Assembly (NCBI RefSeq): GCF_000142905.1
Contig: NW_013657629.1
Span: 124,001 to 188,000, forward strand
Direction of reading: 5' to 3'
From: Thecamonas trahens ATCC 50062
Lineage: Eukaryota > Protista > Apusomonadida
DNA: 64,000 bases
Shown: positions 9,942 to 20,863 of the stretch, one piece after another
Position numbering within the stretch: the stretch's first letter is position 1
How the letters are laid out: each line of letters starts with the position of its first letter
Translations under genes and position numbers: made by a program
Notes under the pieces: model-generated
What the model was told of the DNA's origin: nothing
Seen by the model: only the letters and a program-made list of their open reading frames with translations
Database searches by the model: none

Positions 9942-12137
9942 ATGTCGTCGACGTTTCTACTGCGGGCGCGGCGGCGGAGGGAAGAGCATGCTGCGGCGGG
10001 AGGGGCCGGCGGTGGCGGCGATGGCGGCGCGAGCGTGCGGGATGCAACGACGGCGTATGCGTTCTGGAAGCCAGGGACGGCCGGGCCGGGCGCGCACGCG
10101 GCGGATCGTGACGATTCGCGGGCGTTGGATCTGGCGGGCGGGGCCATGGGTGGCGATGGTGGCTCGCGCGGCGGGTTGCCGGTGGACGGCATGCGGGCGC
10201 AGGTGTGCTACCTGGTTGAGAGCCATGCTGTGGTCCTGGTGGCTGGCGAGACCGGATCGGGAAAGTCGACGCGGATTCCGGCGTTCTTGCTCGATGCCGG
10301 CTGGGCCAACGGCGGGCGGCGGATCGCGGTGGCCATGCCGCGGCGGCTGGCGGCGGTCGAGCTGGCCAAGCATGTGGCAGCGATGCGGGGCTCGGCTCTC
10401 GGCGGGGAGGTCGGCTACCGCATCCGGTTCGGGTCGATGGTGAGTCGCGAGACGAGATTGGTCTTTGCCACCGCCGGCTCGCTGCTGAGCGAGAGCCTGG
10501 CGGACCCGCTGCTCTCGCGGTACTCGGTGGTGGTGGTCGACGAGGCCCACGATCGGACGCTCGAGACCGAGATCCTGCTTGCGCTGCTCAAGCGGATCCG
10601 CCGCGCGCGGCCGGACTTGCGTCTAGTCATCATCTCAGCAACGCTCGAGGTTGGGCCGCTGGTGGCATTCTTCTCCGATCCGCGGCCGCACGCCAAGCTC
10701 CGCGACGTGACCCTCCTTGTGGTGCCTGGCTCCTCTTATCCAGTCGAGGTGGTGTACGTGGCGCGGCCGCTGGCCAACTATCAGGCTTACGCGGTGGAGC
10801 TTGTCTCGTGGATTCATGCAACGCAGCCAGCCGGTGACGTGCTCATCTTCTGCCCGGGACTGGCCGTCATCCGCTCGCTTGTAGCCGCGCTCGAAGACCG
10901 GGCGTACGCCGACATGGTGGCCGGCATCCGGCCGGCAGCGGGCAGCGGGGTGCAGATGGCGATCCACGCGCTGCACGCCAAGCTCGATGTAGCCGGCCAG
11001 CGCGCGCTCTTTGAGCGCAAGGCCAACGTTCGGCGGATCATTGTGGCGACCAACGTGGCCGAGTCTGCGGTGACACTGCCCGGGGTGGTGTACGTCATCG
11101 ACTCCGGCCTGGTCAAGCGGCCGACGTGCTCGCCGGTGACCGGAGCGACCAAACTGACGGTGACGGCAGTGTCCAAGGCCGAGGCTGCGCAGCGGGCAGG
11201 GCGGGCGGGGCGGACAGCGGCCGGTACGGCGTTTCGGCTCTACACTCGGGCGACTCACGCCGCGCTGGCACCGCACGCACCACCAGTTGTGCAAACTGCG
11301 GATCTAGAGCGGCTTGTCCTGACGCTCGCGCGGCTTGGGGTGGCGCGAGTGAGCGCGATGCAGTTTGTGGCGCCGCCGTCGCACGGCCTGGTTCTAGGCG
11401 CACAGCGGCGGCTGGTTGAGCTCGGCGCGCTGGAGGCTGGCAACCACGCGCTGACCCATGATGGCTTTGTCATGGCCTCGCTTCCGCTGTCGGCGATGGC
11501 GGCGCGAGCGCTGCTCGCTGGGAGCGCGCTCGGGTGCGGGATGGAGGTCCTCATGCTCGTGGCAGTTCTCCAGGTTGAGCCGCTCTTCGCCGGGCGAGCG
11601 GCGCGGGTACGTGCCGGGCAGCTGGCGCTCGGCGCGGCCGAGGGCGACTTCCTCACGTACATCAACGCCTTTGTGGCGTTCCGCGGTCTGGAGGCCGCTC
11701 AGCGAAAGGAGTGGGCCGAGGAGCGCGGGCTCTCTCTGAGGGCGCTTGCGCGAGCCGGCCAGGTCTTTGACAAGCTGATGGTGGCGGTGAGCCGGGTCGG
11801 CATTGCTCTGCCGTCCATCCATGTGGGTGGCGAAGGAGCTGCGGCGATGGGGCCGGCCGAGGCCGGGGCGGTTGTTCTTCGGGCGCTCGCCGCCGGGTTT
11901 GGCAAGCACAACGCGGCACGTCACGTGGCTGGCAACGTGTACAAGGCCGTGAGCGACGGGGCAGAGGTTAGCGTCGACTCGCGCTCGGTTGTCGACCTTG
12001 TCGAAACCTGGCCACCGCTCATTATGTACGCCGATCGCGAGGCCGAGGCGAGCGGCTCGGCCGAGATTGTCCGCGAGGTCTCGGCTGTCGAGTCGAGCAG
12101 CGTGCTCGAGCAGTTTAACGTTGGAAGGGCTAGTTGA
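9942..12137 (+). CDS. DHX35: DEAH-box RNA helicase, DHX35-like
   Basis: GETGSGKST, DEAH, SAT, TNVAESAVT and QRAGRAGR motifs plus HA2 region. DHX35 subfamily assignment is tentative. Confidence 0.8.
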   Translation: MSSTFLLRARRRREEHAAAGGAGGGGDGGASVRDATTAYAFWKPGTAGPGAHAADRDDSRALDLAGGAMGGDGGSRGGLPVDGMRAQVCYLVESHAVVLVAGETGSGKSTRIPAFLLDAGWANGGRRIAVAMPRRLAAVELAKHVAAMRGSALGGEVGYRIRFGSMVSRETRLVFATAGSLLSESLADPLLSRYSVVVVDEAHDRTLETEILLALLKRIRRARPDLRLVIISATLEVGPLVAFFSDPRPHAKLRDVTLLVVPGSSYPVEVVYVARPLANYQAYAVELVSWIHATQPAGDVLIFCPGLAVIRSLVAALEDRAYADMVAGIRPAAGSGVQMAIHALHAKLDVAGQRALFERKANVRRIIVATNVAESAVTLPGVVYVIDSGLVKRPTCSPVTGATKLTVTAVSKAEAAQRAGRAGRTAAGTAFRLYTRATHAALAPHAPPVVQTADLERLVLTLARLGVARVSAMQFVAPPSHGLVLGAQRRLVELGALEAGNHALTHDGFVMASLPLSAMAARALLAGSALGCGMEVLMLVAVLQVEPLFAGRAARVRAGQLALGAAEGDFLTYINAFVAFRGLEAAQRKEWAEERGLSLRALARAGQVFDKLMVAVSRVGIALPSIHVGGEGAAAMGPAEAGAVVLRALAAGFGKHNAARHVAGNVYKAVSDGAEVSVDSRSVVDLVETWPPLIMYADREAEASGSAEIVREVSAVESSSVLEQFNVGRAS

Positions 12138-13499
12138 GAAAGTTGCGGCACGAGTCGTTAAAGACCGGGGTCAGCTGGTACGACGCCGCTTCGTCTGCCT
12201 GCAGCTGGGCGGCGACGCGCTCGGTGGCAGCAAGGACGCGGAGAAGGTTGCCCGAGAGGATGGCGTTGATGTTGTCGTCAGAGACGCCGCGGCGGATGAG
12301 CTCGGCGAAGAGATCCGGGTAGTCTGCCGGGGTGGCGAGGCCGGCCGGCAGAGTCTCGACGCCGTCAAAGTCGGAGCCAATGCAGACATGGTCGTAGCCA
12401 ATGCGGTTGCCGATGTACATGATGTGGTCGACGACGTTGGAGAGCGAGGCGTTGACGCCGCCGGGGACGAGGAAGCCCGGGACAAAGGTGACGCAGACGA
12501 CGCCGCCGCCCTCGGGGCGCTGGGCAGGCGGTCGAGGATCGAGTCGGGAACGTTGCGCGGCACGTCGCAGAGGGCGCGGGCGTTCGAGTGCGAGAAGATG
12601 GGCGGAGCACGAGTGACATCTAGGGCGTCCGACATGGTCTCGACTGAGGTATGGGAGAGGTCGACCATCATGCCCATGCGGTTCATCTCGGCGACGACGT
12701 TGCGGCCAAACTCGGAGAGGCCGACGTTGGTCGGCCCAGAGATGGGGCAGCACGAGCCGGCCCACGGCGCGGCAGGATCGCCTGCGTTGCAGTTGTGAGT
12801 GAGGGTCATGTAGCGGACGCCGAGGGCGTGAAACTGGCGTAGGGCCATGACCGACGAGTCGATCTGGTGGCCGCCCTCCATGCCCATGAGCGAGGCGATG
12901 TGGCCGCGAGCAAAGAGCGAGCTGACCTCTGCAGCGTTGCTAGCCATGGCCAGAGTCTCCGGGTATTTGCGGGCAAGGGCGTTGACGGTGTCGATGGCCT
13001 CGAGGGTCTGGCGGACAGCGTCCTTGTACTGCGAGGCGCAGGCGGTGTAGACGGACCACAGCTGAGCGCCAAGCTCGCCCTCCCGCATGCGCGGAATGTC
13101 TGTCTGATACGCCGGCGAGGTGACGGTAAGATCGACAGCGTTGACGTCGAGCTTGGCCTTGTTGCGGATCTCCCACGGCAGATCGTTGTGGGCGTCGAGG
13201 AGCGGAGTGTGGCGCATGAGAAAGCGGGCGCGAGCGAGCGGCTCAGCCGGAGCTGGCCCAGGATCAGCACCATGACCAGCATCATTCTTCTTGTTCTTTG
13301 CCGCCGAGACCAGAGCAGCAATGCCCGCAGTGCCTGCAGCGAGGAGGACCATGACCAGGAGGCCTACCAGGATGTGGCCACGCCACCGTCGCCATGGGGT
13401 CAGCCGGCTGCTAGCCACCTGTCCGCCGGCCCCGCTCCCGTCCTCACGCAAAAGTGCCGATGACGGACTCCCATGAGGCTTGGTGAGGGCAACCTCCAT
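12130..13499 (-). CDS. Membrane dipeptidase (peptidase M19) with N-terminal transmembrane anchor; one frameshift at about 12514-12517
   Basis: LDAHNDLPW, MEGGH, GVRYMTLTH, EMNRMGMMVDLSH and FSHS lie in ORF 12171..13853; VVDHIMYI and IGSDFDG lie in ORF 12130..12765. Adding one base to the G4 run joins them (LPSAPEGGGVVCV). Confidence 0.9.
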
Positions 13500-14084
13500 G
13501 TTGTGTGGGCTGGGGAGGAGTGTGGGTGAGGTTGGCAGGGTCAGGTGGCGGGGCTGTCGCAGGGGGCAGTCACGAGGGATTTGGCGGGGTGAAGGGGGGG
13601 GGGATGGAGATGGGGACATGGTGGCATAGATCGGGGTGGGGGAAGGAGTGTGGGGGGGGGGATGGAGATGGGGGATGGAGATGGGGGTATGGATCGAGAG
13701 GGATCCATGTGTGTGCTTGTGTGTGTGCTTGTGTGTGTGTGTGTGTGTGTGCTTGTGTGTGTGCAGGGTGATGCTGGTGGATGGCGTTGAAGATGGCGTT
13801 GTCAATGGACGGACCACAGCAGAGCCGTTGAGAGCTCCTGTGTTCCAGATCACGTGCTGAAGAGTTGTTGCATGGAGTTTAGCAGAAAGGCATCATACAG
13901 GAGACCGCAGTGTGCCGCCTGCCGTGGGATTGTGCGCCTGTCCCAAATGGTGCAAACCTCTGATCTCATGACGGCGGGAAGACCCCCCTCACCCTGCCTG
14001 TCCCCCCCCCCCCCCCCTTTCCTTCCCCCTCACACCTCACCTCACCCTCTCTCTTTCTCCCCCTCCAGAGGTCCATACACCTCC

Positions 14085-17000
14085 ATGTCGTCTGTGTCTC
14101 CCTCAGACGTGGAGCTGCAGTGCGCAGCGTCAGGAGTCTCGGCTGTCTCGGCTGGCTACTCATCGGGCACATGGTCGGCGTCGACGAGCGGAGGCATGAC
14201 AGATGGTGGTGGTGGAGATGGAGACCAAGGCTGTCATGCTGATGGAGGTGCCGCAGCAGTAGATGGAGAAGCTGGCCGACATGGCACTGGAGATGGACAT
14301 CCTGGTCGTCGTTCCGATCTTGCCGTCCCAAGCGACCCAAGTGGCGAGGCATCATTCTCGACTTCCATCGTCCCCACAGTTCCCAGAGCTGATCTCGATG
14401 GCTGCAGTGGTGACTCGGAGTTGCTACCGGCGCTGGTATCAGCTGGTTTGAGCAAGTCCGGGTCGCAATCAGGATCGAGGTGTGCAGAGGCAACGCCTCC
14501 GCCGCCGACCATGCTGGTGGTGCCAGAGACCCGGGCTGGTGACATGGAATGGCTCGGATCGGTGACGTTCCAGGGAGCGACGGATGGTGAGGCTGGTCGC
14601 AGCAACGACGTGGACCACGGCGACGACTCGCACTGCTCACGCGAGTCGGCACGGTCGCATCGTTCGCAGGCGTCGCGGGTCTCGCGGGTCTCACGGGCAT
14701 CGCACGCGTCGCGGGTCTCACGGACATCGCGGGCATCGCGGGCATCGCGGGCGTCGCGGGCGTCGTCGCGGCATGAGATGTCGACCACGGCGGCGCAAGT
14801 TGGCGACGAGCTGGGGCCGGGCGGCGTGCCCATTCCGTCCAAGCGGCGTGCTCAGGTGAGCAACTACATGCGCAACCGGTCCAAGGTCTCGCTCCGCGAC
14901 CTCGACAAGGAGATCATCCGAGAGGCCATGGCGCTCGGCGCCGATATTCACGAGCCCGAGGTGGAGAATGAGCCTGATCCAGTGGAAGAGGCCGTTGCCG
15001 CCGCCGAGGCTGCTGCCGAGGCCGCGGCGGTGGCTAATGCGGCGGCGGCAGCGGCGGCGGCAGCCTCCGCCACGCACGCCAGTGGCGCGTCCAACGCCTC
15101 GGACGAGTCGGTTGTCTCGCAAACGTCGGTAGCATCAGTGGCCGCGTCGCGATCGGCCGCCGAGGCATCAGTCGCTGCCAGTGCGGCGGCGGCCAACGCA
15201 CTGGCGGCGAGCGCAGCAGCAGCGGCGGCGGCGGCGGCCAAGGTCGAGGCTGAGCCTGTCTTGGTCGGCGCAGGCGTCAAGCCAGCCAATGACCGGCAGC
15301 GGCGGCGGGCGGCGGCGTTCTGGCAGCAGACCCGGCGGACAGTGACGTCTGAGCTAGAGCGGATCCAACGGGCGGCTTTGTTTATCGAGGACGCGGTCTC
15401 TTCACGGCCAATCAAGGCCACCCGGCTTGGCGCCGGGCCTGTGGCCGCCTATCGGTTCTACCACAACAAGGTGTACCGGTGGATTTTCACCGTTGTGGTC
15501 GTCATCCACATGGCGCTGGCATTCTTTGAGGCGCCGCAGGCCGGGGCCGAGCCTGCGGTCGGGGCGAGAGCGCGAAGCGGGCTGCTGGGCATCGAGCTTG
15601 CGTGCGTGTGTGTGTACTGGCTTGATACGCTGCTCTCACTCTACGCACTAGGCATCCGGCAGTACGCGCAGTCGTGGTGGCACCTGTTCCACGCGACAGT
15701 GGTGGTGCTGATGGCGATCGACGTCATCGCTGCGCTCGCCGGAGCGTCGGTCCGGTTCACGCGCGTCGTCCGATGGGTCCCACTTGTCCTCAACACGGTC
15801 TCGCTCAAGCACCTCTTGTACTGCACCTTCCACACTGTGGCCAAGCTCTACGACATGATGGTCATCATGTGTGTGCTTTTAGTCTCGTTTGCCATTGTGG
15901 GCGTGCAGATGTTCGGCGTCAACACGGTCTCACCGTCGGCGCTCGGAACAGGCAACTCGAACCCGTACCGCGACGAGGCGACCGGCAAGCCGCTCGACGG
16001 CAATTTTGACAACATGGGCGAGGCGCTGCTCTCGCTGCTGGTCCTTCTCTCGACGGAAAACTACCCAGATATCATGTACCCGGCACTGACCACGTCGCCG
16101 GCGTATGCCATCTTCTTCATTCTCTTCATCCTCATCGGCATCTTTTTGCTCTTCTCGGTCCTCACGGCCATCATTTTTGACACGTACAAGGAGATCCACG
16201 AGGTGCGTGTCATTGCGGCACGAGTGGAGGAGCGCAAGGGCCTCATTGCAGCCTTCCAGATCCTCGACAAGAACCGGACCGGGTACCTCCACACCAACCA
16301 GTGGGTGGCACTCATGGCCGAGTGGCAGCCGTCGATGTCAATGGAGCGAGCATGCTTTCTGTTCAAGACCATGGACCACGACGGTGACAATACCATCGAT
16401 CTGCTCGAGTTCTTTGACATTCTCGAGATCATGCGGTACGAAATCGAGGAAATGGCGTTGGTGACCGAAGAGACGTGGTGGTCGCGGCTCGGTGCGCGGC
16501 GGGTCCGAGTTGTGGGCGAGTTTATCGAGTCCAAGGCCTTTATATGGACCATTAACGCTTGTATCTTTATTAACGTCTTTATCCTCTGCCTCTACCGGTC
16601 GTCGATGTCGCAGGACGAGCTCGCGGTCTACGAGTTTCTGGACTACATCTTTATCGGCGTCTTTTCTTTTGAGCAGGTGGTCAAGGTTGTTGGGCTGGGG
16701 CGGACCGAGTACTGGATTGATGTGTGGAACCGTTTCGACCTCACGATTGTGGTCTTTTCGCTCGTCGCTGTCGGCTTGCAGGTAGCGTCGAACGTGGAAA
16801 AGTCGGCCGGCTCGATCTTGGTCTCGCTCCGGATTCTGCGGCTGTTCCGGACGCTGCGGACGGTGAGGCTGCTGAACACTGCCCGGCAGTTTGAAACGCT
16901 CATGGCGACATTTCTGCACCTTGGCTACGTGGTGCTTCCGATCACGGCCTGCGTTGTTGTTGCCTTTTACTCATACGCTATCCTGGGCATGGAGCTGTTT

Positions 17001-18827
17001 GGCGGCAAGATGTCGCCGTCAGTGGTTGCCAGCGCCGACCCGTACACCGACTTTGGCACGTTTCCAAGGACGCTTCTTGCGCTTTTCCAGCTGTTTACCA
17101 CCTCCAACTGGCACGAGATCATGTACACCGCGCGAGAGGGCGCCGGCAAAGTGTCTGCGCTGTACTTTGTCTCGTTCTTCATTGTCATGATCCTGCTATT
17201 CAACAACATCCTGCTCGCCATTGTCTTTGAGATCTTCACCTTTCAACGGACCATGGTGGAGCAGGAGGAGCGGAAGAAGGCGCGGGTGGCGTTTATGGAC
17301 AAGGCGTTTCACGTCAAGCAGACCGGGCGGACGTGGGACCGCGACCTGGTCACCTCGTCACTGGCAGGTTTGCGGCAGCAAGAGCTGCGGCTGCTCGCCG
17401 AGTCGACCAATGTCGACTGGGACCACATCCGCGAGCGGCAGGCATCAAAGCGCGAGCGGTTGCTTGGCCGTGACGCTGCGCAGCAGCTCGGCAGCCCGTT
17501 GGGCATGGGCTCGGGCGGCTCGGCCGCGCCGCTGTCGCCAGCCTCGGACGGCGACGATGACGAGGCGCGGGTACTGGCAACGTTCAAGACGGCGGTGTCG
17601 AACGTGGCCAAGACCGACGCGGCCGAGCAGGCGCATCTGCGTGAGATGGCAGCCATTATTGTGGCCAAACGCCACGCGCAGCGTGCTGCCGCGCAGCTGC
17701 GCTCGCGGCGCGGGACCGCTACTAGCACCACCATCCGAGTCGGCTCGCCGGGCTCGTACGAGGCCTCGCTCAAGTCGACAGGCAACACCGCGAGCTCATC
17801 GCGCGGCTTCCCTACCTTTGGATTTCTTCGCAAGCTCGGCGTCGTCCCGGGCCTCCGGTCTGTGTCGTCATCATCGTCGTCATCGTCGTTTTCGACTTCT
17901 GCGTCGCGGTCGGGGTCGCGATCGGGGTCGGTGTCAGGAACAGTGCCAGAGTCCGGCTCGGGCTTGAGCTCGGACTCGGGCTCTAGCATCAGCCGGTCAT
18001 CGCGGTCGAGCGACTCGTTCATCTCTGCCGCTTCGTTCCGCGATCCGTACGAGGTTCTGCACAACCTGCTCATCCGGCGACAGCTGGGGCTTGTCTCGCC
18101 GCCGTCGTCTCTGGCCATGTCTGCGCCGGAGTTTGCACCGCGCGGGCGAGGGCTAGCAAGCGTGACCCAGGAGGTGGACGAAGTTGTGCGTATTCTGTCG
18201 CAGTCGCGATCACGGTCGCGGTCACGGTCGCGGTCGCGGTCGCGGTCTGCGTGGTCGGGCTCGCGATCGGGCTCGCGATCGGGCTCAAAGTCATGGTCGT
18301 CGGTGAACATGATAGAAGGGAACGTGCGACCTGCAACGCATGGCCACGTTCGTATGCTGCACATTTCGTCGTCGACAACGTATGATGATGACGAGCCACC
18401 GGCGCGGACAGCATCGTTGCTGTCAGCGGCCGAGGCCGAGGCCGAGGCAATAGCAGAAGCCAAGGCCAAAAAGGTCAAGGCCAAGGCCCAAGCCAAGAAG
18501 GTCAAGATGATGAACAGGGCCAAGACAAAGAAGGCCAAGACTAAGGCCAGGACCAAGGCCAAGGCCAAGGCCAGGAAGGCCAGGACCGAGACCAAGGCAG
18601 CGGCCAAGGCAGAGGCTGAGACCGGGTCACGGCATCGAAAGCGGATCGGACGGAAGCGGATCCGGCGCGAGCAGCCAGCTCCGGTTGGCACCGGTGATAC
18701 GAGCTCGCCGGAGAGGCGCAGGGTGGGCACGCTGCAGAGCTTCGGCGACAAAAGTCTGCCCGGATACGCCGAAGTTGTGTCGCCGCAGCCGGCGGCGGCG
18801 TTTGCGGGCAACTATGGTGCGAGTTGA
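14085..18827 (+). CDS. TPC: Two-pore cation channel (TPC) with EF-hand linker and long low-complexity termini
   Basis: Two 6-TM repeats; pore segments LLVLLSTENYPDIMYPA and LFQLFTTSNWHEIM; S4 LRILRLFRTLRTVRLL; EF-like loops DKNRTGYLHTNQW and DHDGDNTIDLLEF. Start ATG uncertain (13948, 13968 or 14085). Confidence 0.9.
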   Translation: MSSVSPSDVELQCAASGVSAVSAGYSSGTWSASTSGGMTDGGGGDGDQGCHADGGAAAVDGEAGRHGTGDGHPGRRSDLAVPSDPSGEASFSTSIVPTVPRADLDGCSGDSELLPALVSAGLSKSGSQSGSRCAEATPPPPTMLVVPETRAGDMEWLGSVTFQGATDGEAGRSNDVDHGDDSHCSRESARSHRSQASRVSRVSRASHASRVSRTSRASRASRASRASSRHEMSTTAAQVGDELGPGGVPIPSKRRAQVSNYMRNRSKVSLRDLDKEIIREAMALGADIHEPEVENEPDPVEEAVAAAEAAAEAAAVANAAAAAAAAASATHASGASNASDESVVSQTSVASVAASRSAAEASVAASAAAANALAASAAAAAAAAAKVEAEPVLVGAGVKPANDRQRRRAAAFWQQTRRTVTSELERIQRAALFIEDAVSSRPIKATRLGAGPVAAYRFYHNKVYRWIFTVVVVIHMALAFFEAPQAGAEPAVGARARSGLLGIELACVCVYWLDTLLSLYALGIRQYAQSWWHLFHATVVVLMAIDVIAALAGASVRFTRVVRWVPLVLNTVSLKHLLYCTFHTVAKLYDMMVIMCVLLVSFAIVGVQMFGVNTVSPSALGTGNSNPYRDEATGKPLDGNFDNMGEALLSLLVLLSTENYPDIMYPALTTSPAYAIFFILFILIGIFLLFSVLTAIIFDTYKEIHEVRVIAARVEERKGLIAAFQILDKNRTGYLHTNQWVALMAEWQPSMSMERACFLFKTMDHDGDNTIDLLEFFDILEIMRYEIEEMALVTEETWWSRLGARRVRVVGEFIESKAFIWTINACIFINVFILCLYRSSMSQDELAVYEFLDYIFIGVFSFEQVVKVVGLGRTEYWIDVWNRFDLTIVVFSLVAVGLQVASNVEKSAGSILVSLRILRLFRTLRTVRLLNTARQFETLMATFLHLGYVVLPITACVVVAFYSYAILGMELFGGKMSPSVVASADPYTDFGTFPRTLLALFQLFTTSNWHEIMYTAREGAGKVSALYFVSFFIVMILLFNNILLAIVFEIFTFQRTMVEQEERKKARVAFMDKAFHVKQTGRTWDRDLVTSSLAGLRQQELRLLAESTNVDWDHIRERQASKRERLLGRDAAQQLGSPLGMGSGGSAAPLSPASDGDDDEARVLATFKTAVSNVAKTDAAEQAHLREMAAIIVAKRHAQRAAAQLRSRRGTATSTTIRVGSPGSYEASLKSTGNTASSSRGFPTFGFLRKLGVVPGLRSVSSSSSSSSFSTSASRSGSRSGSVSGTVPESGSGLSSDSGSSISRSSRSSDSFISAASFRDPYEVLHNLLIRRQLGLVSPPSSLAMSAPEFAPRGRGLASVTQEVDEVVRILSQSRSRSRSRSRSRSRSAWSGSRSGSRSGSKSWSSVNMIEGNVRPATHGHVRMLHISSSTTYDDDEPPARTASLLSAAEAEAEAIAEAKAKKVKAKAQAKKVKMMNRAKTKKAKTKARTKAKAKARKARTETKAAAKAEAETGSRHRKRIGRKRIRREQPAPVGTGDTSSPERRRVGTLQSFGDKSLPGYAEVVSPQPAAAFAGNYGAS

Positions 18828-18877
18828 GACGGTTTACCAAGAGATGACGGGGAGTGTGCGAGCGAGTGGTGGCACTT

Positions 18878-19864
18878 CTACTTCTTGGACTTCTTCTTGC
18901 TGCCCTTCTTGACCTTGACCTTCTTGGTCTTCTTGGTCGACTTCTTGACGCGCTTCTTGACCTTCTTCTTGCCAGACGGCTCCGAGTCCGTGTTGGAGTC
19001 TGAATCATCGTCGCTGTTCGAGGGGTTGTCGGACGAGGAAGTGGCGGTCTTCTTGGACTTCTTGGTCCGCTTCTTGACCTTCTTGGCCTTGCCCTTCTTG
19101 GCCTTTCCCTTCTTCTTGGTCTTCTTGGCCTTCTTGGCCTTCTTGCTCTTGCTCTTGCTCTTGCCGACGTCGGCGTCATCGTCATCGTCGTAGCAGTCGA
19201 GCTCGGACGAGAGCGAGATGGAGCGCTCGATCTCGGCCGGGAGGGCCTCTGCGAGGGCCTCAAAGTAGTCGAGGACGCCGCGGATCTCCTTGCGGTCGGC
19301 CGAGGCGGTAAACTCCTTGTAGGAGATTTCGCCGTTGCCCGAGGTGTCGATCTTGTCAAAGATGCGGGCGGCGGCCTTGGTGATGCGCTTCTCCTCCTTG
19401 ACAGTCAGGTCGCAGGCCGGAGTGCCCTTGCCGGCGGTGCCCGGCAGGGCGTAGTTGGTCTGCTTGATGACGCGGCCGACAGCGAGCATGAGAGTGGTAA
19501 GCTCCTCCAGCTCGAGGGTACCAGACGAGTTGCGGTCGTAGACGCGGAAGCAGAACTCGATCTTCTTGCGGCGCTCGGGCCGCGAAACCAGAGCCGAGTA
19601 GATGGCAAAGAGCTTGTAGTCGAACCAGTCCTCGTTGTCCGAGTCAAACTGGGCAAACAAGTTTGCCGAGACCTTGTTCGAGCCATCGATGCCGATGGCC
19701 TCCACCACAGCATCCCACGACTCACGCGAGATGCCGTGCTCCTTGCGTGCCACCCGCCGCAGGCGGTCCTTCATGCGAATAAAGTCAGCCCGAGCAAACG
19801 GCGACTTGCTCATCTTCTTGAGCTCCCTCTTCGAGGGGATATCAAACGAGATAGACGCACCCAT
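18878..19864 (-). CDS. Myristoylated EF-hand Ca2+ sensor (calcineurin B / neuronal calcium sensor-like) with Lys-rich tail
   Basis: N-terminal MGASIS myristoylation pattern; EF loops DSDNEDWFDYKLF, KIEFCFRVYDRNSSGTLELEEL and DTSGNGEISYKEF. Confidence 0.85.
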   Translation of the reverse strand: MGASISFDIPSKRELKKMSKSPFARADFIRMKDRLRRVARKEHGISRESWDAVVEAIGIDGSNKVSANLFAQFDSDNEDWFDYKLFAIYSALVSRPERRKKIEFCFRVYDRNSSGTLELEELTTLMLAVGRVIKQTNYALPGTAGKGTPACDLTVKEEKRITKAAARIFDKIDTSGNGEISYKEFTASADRKEIRGVLDYFEALAEALPAEIERSISLSSELDCYDDDDDADVGKSKSKSKKAKKAKKTKKKGKAKKGKAKKVKKRTKKSKKTATSSSDNPSNSDDDSDSNTDSEPSGKKKVKKRVKKSTKKTKKVKVKKGSKKKSKK

Positions 19865-20239
19865 TGTACACTACATACAAGCACCCTCTCCCCATGTCAG
19901 TCACTCTTCCCCAATTCCCCTTGTTCCCTCTCTTCCATTCCCCATCTCCTTCATTCCGCCAATAACGGCCACACTGGCCACTGGCCACAGCTCCGTCCCC
20001 CCTCCCCCCCCCCCCAGCCCTTCTCACCTCCGATCCACCTCCGATCACTCCGATGGCTGCTTCAACCTGTTTCTTCATTATGACGATGCGGTATGCCGAC
20101 TGTGTGCCACACATTCAGCGTCTTTCAACCTCCATCCACCACCATCACCATCTCCGCTTTACCCAAGCCCATACCAATGCCCACTTGTAGAACATTCCTT
20201 CCATCACCTTCACCTTCCAGTGGTCACCAGCAGTCGTAT

Positions 20240-20324
20240 CCATCAGCCGCCTGCCCCCATCAGCCGCCTGCCCCCATCAGCCGCCTGCCCCCATCAGCCG
20301 CCTGCCCCCATCAGCCGCTGCCCC
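20240..20324. repeat. 17-bp tandem repeat (CCATCAGCCGCCTGCCC), 4 exact copies plus 1 degenerate
   Basis: Read directly in the intergenic region between the divergent EF-hand and COPA genes. Confidence 0.9.
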
Positions 20325-20863
20325 ACCAGCCGCCACCAGCCGCCAGCCGCCTGCTCCACCAGCCGCCACGTCAACCGCCAACCAACCAGCTGCCACTCTT
20401 TGAACGACGACAAGGGTGACCAGCTAGAGTTGGAGCGGCTGCCACGGGGCAGTTTCACATCTGTCTCGACACGGGTAGGTGCTGCAGTGAGAGATAGAGA
20501 GAGAGAGATGTGTTCATAGTCTCTGTCCGTCTGTGGTAGCTGTAGCTGTGGTTGTGGTGGGCATGTGTGTGTGTGTGTGTGTGTGTGTGTCTGTGTGTCT
20601 GTGTGTGTGTGGTGGCTGTGGTGGTGGGGGTGGGCGGTGAAAAAATTCCCGACGGTCCCTTCCATCCTCCCACCACGTCATGATCATAGCCATGGAACAG
20701 TGATTGAAGGAGACTACAGAGGTAAAGAGGTGACACGGGGGGAGAATGGAGGTACATGTACATGTATATCTCCATGGTATATATCTCATACTCACACATA
20801 CCCCCTTTCATCCATAGGGAGGTGCCACACATGGATCCCTCTGCCCGGGCCGCCCCGTCGACA

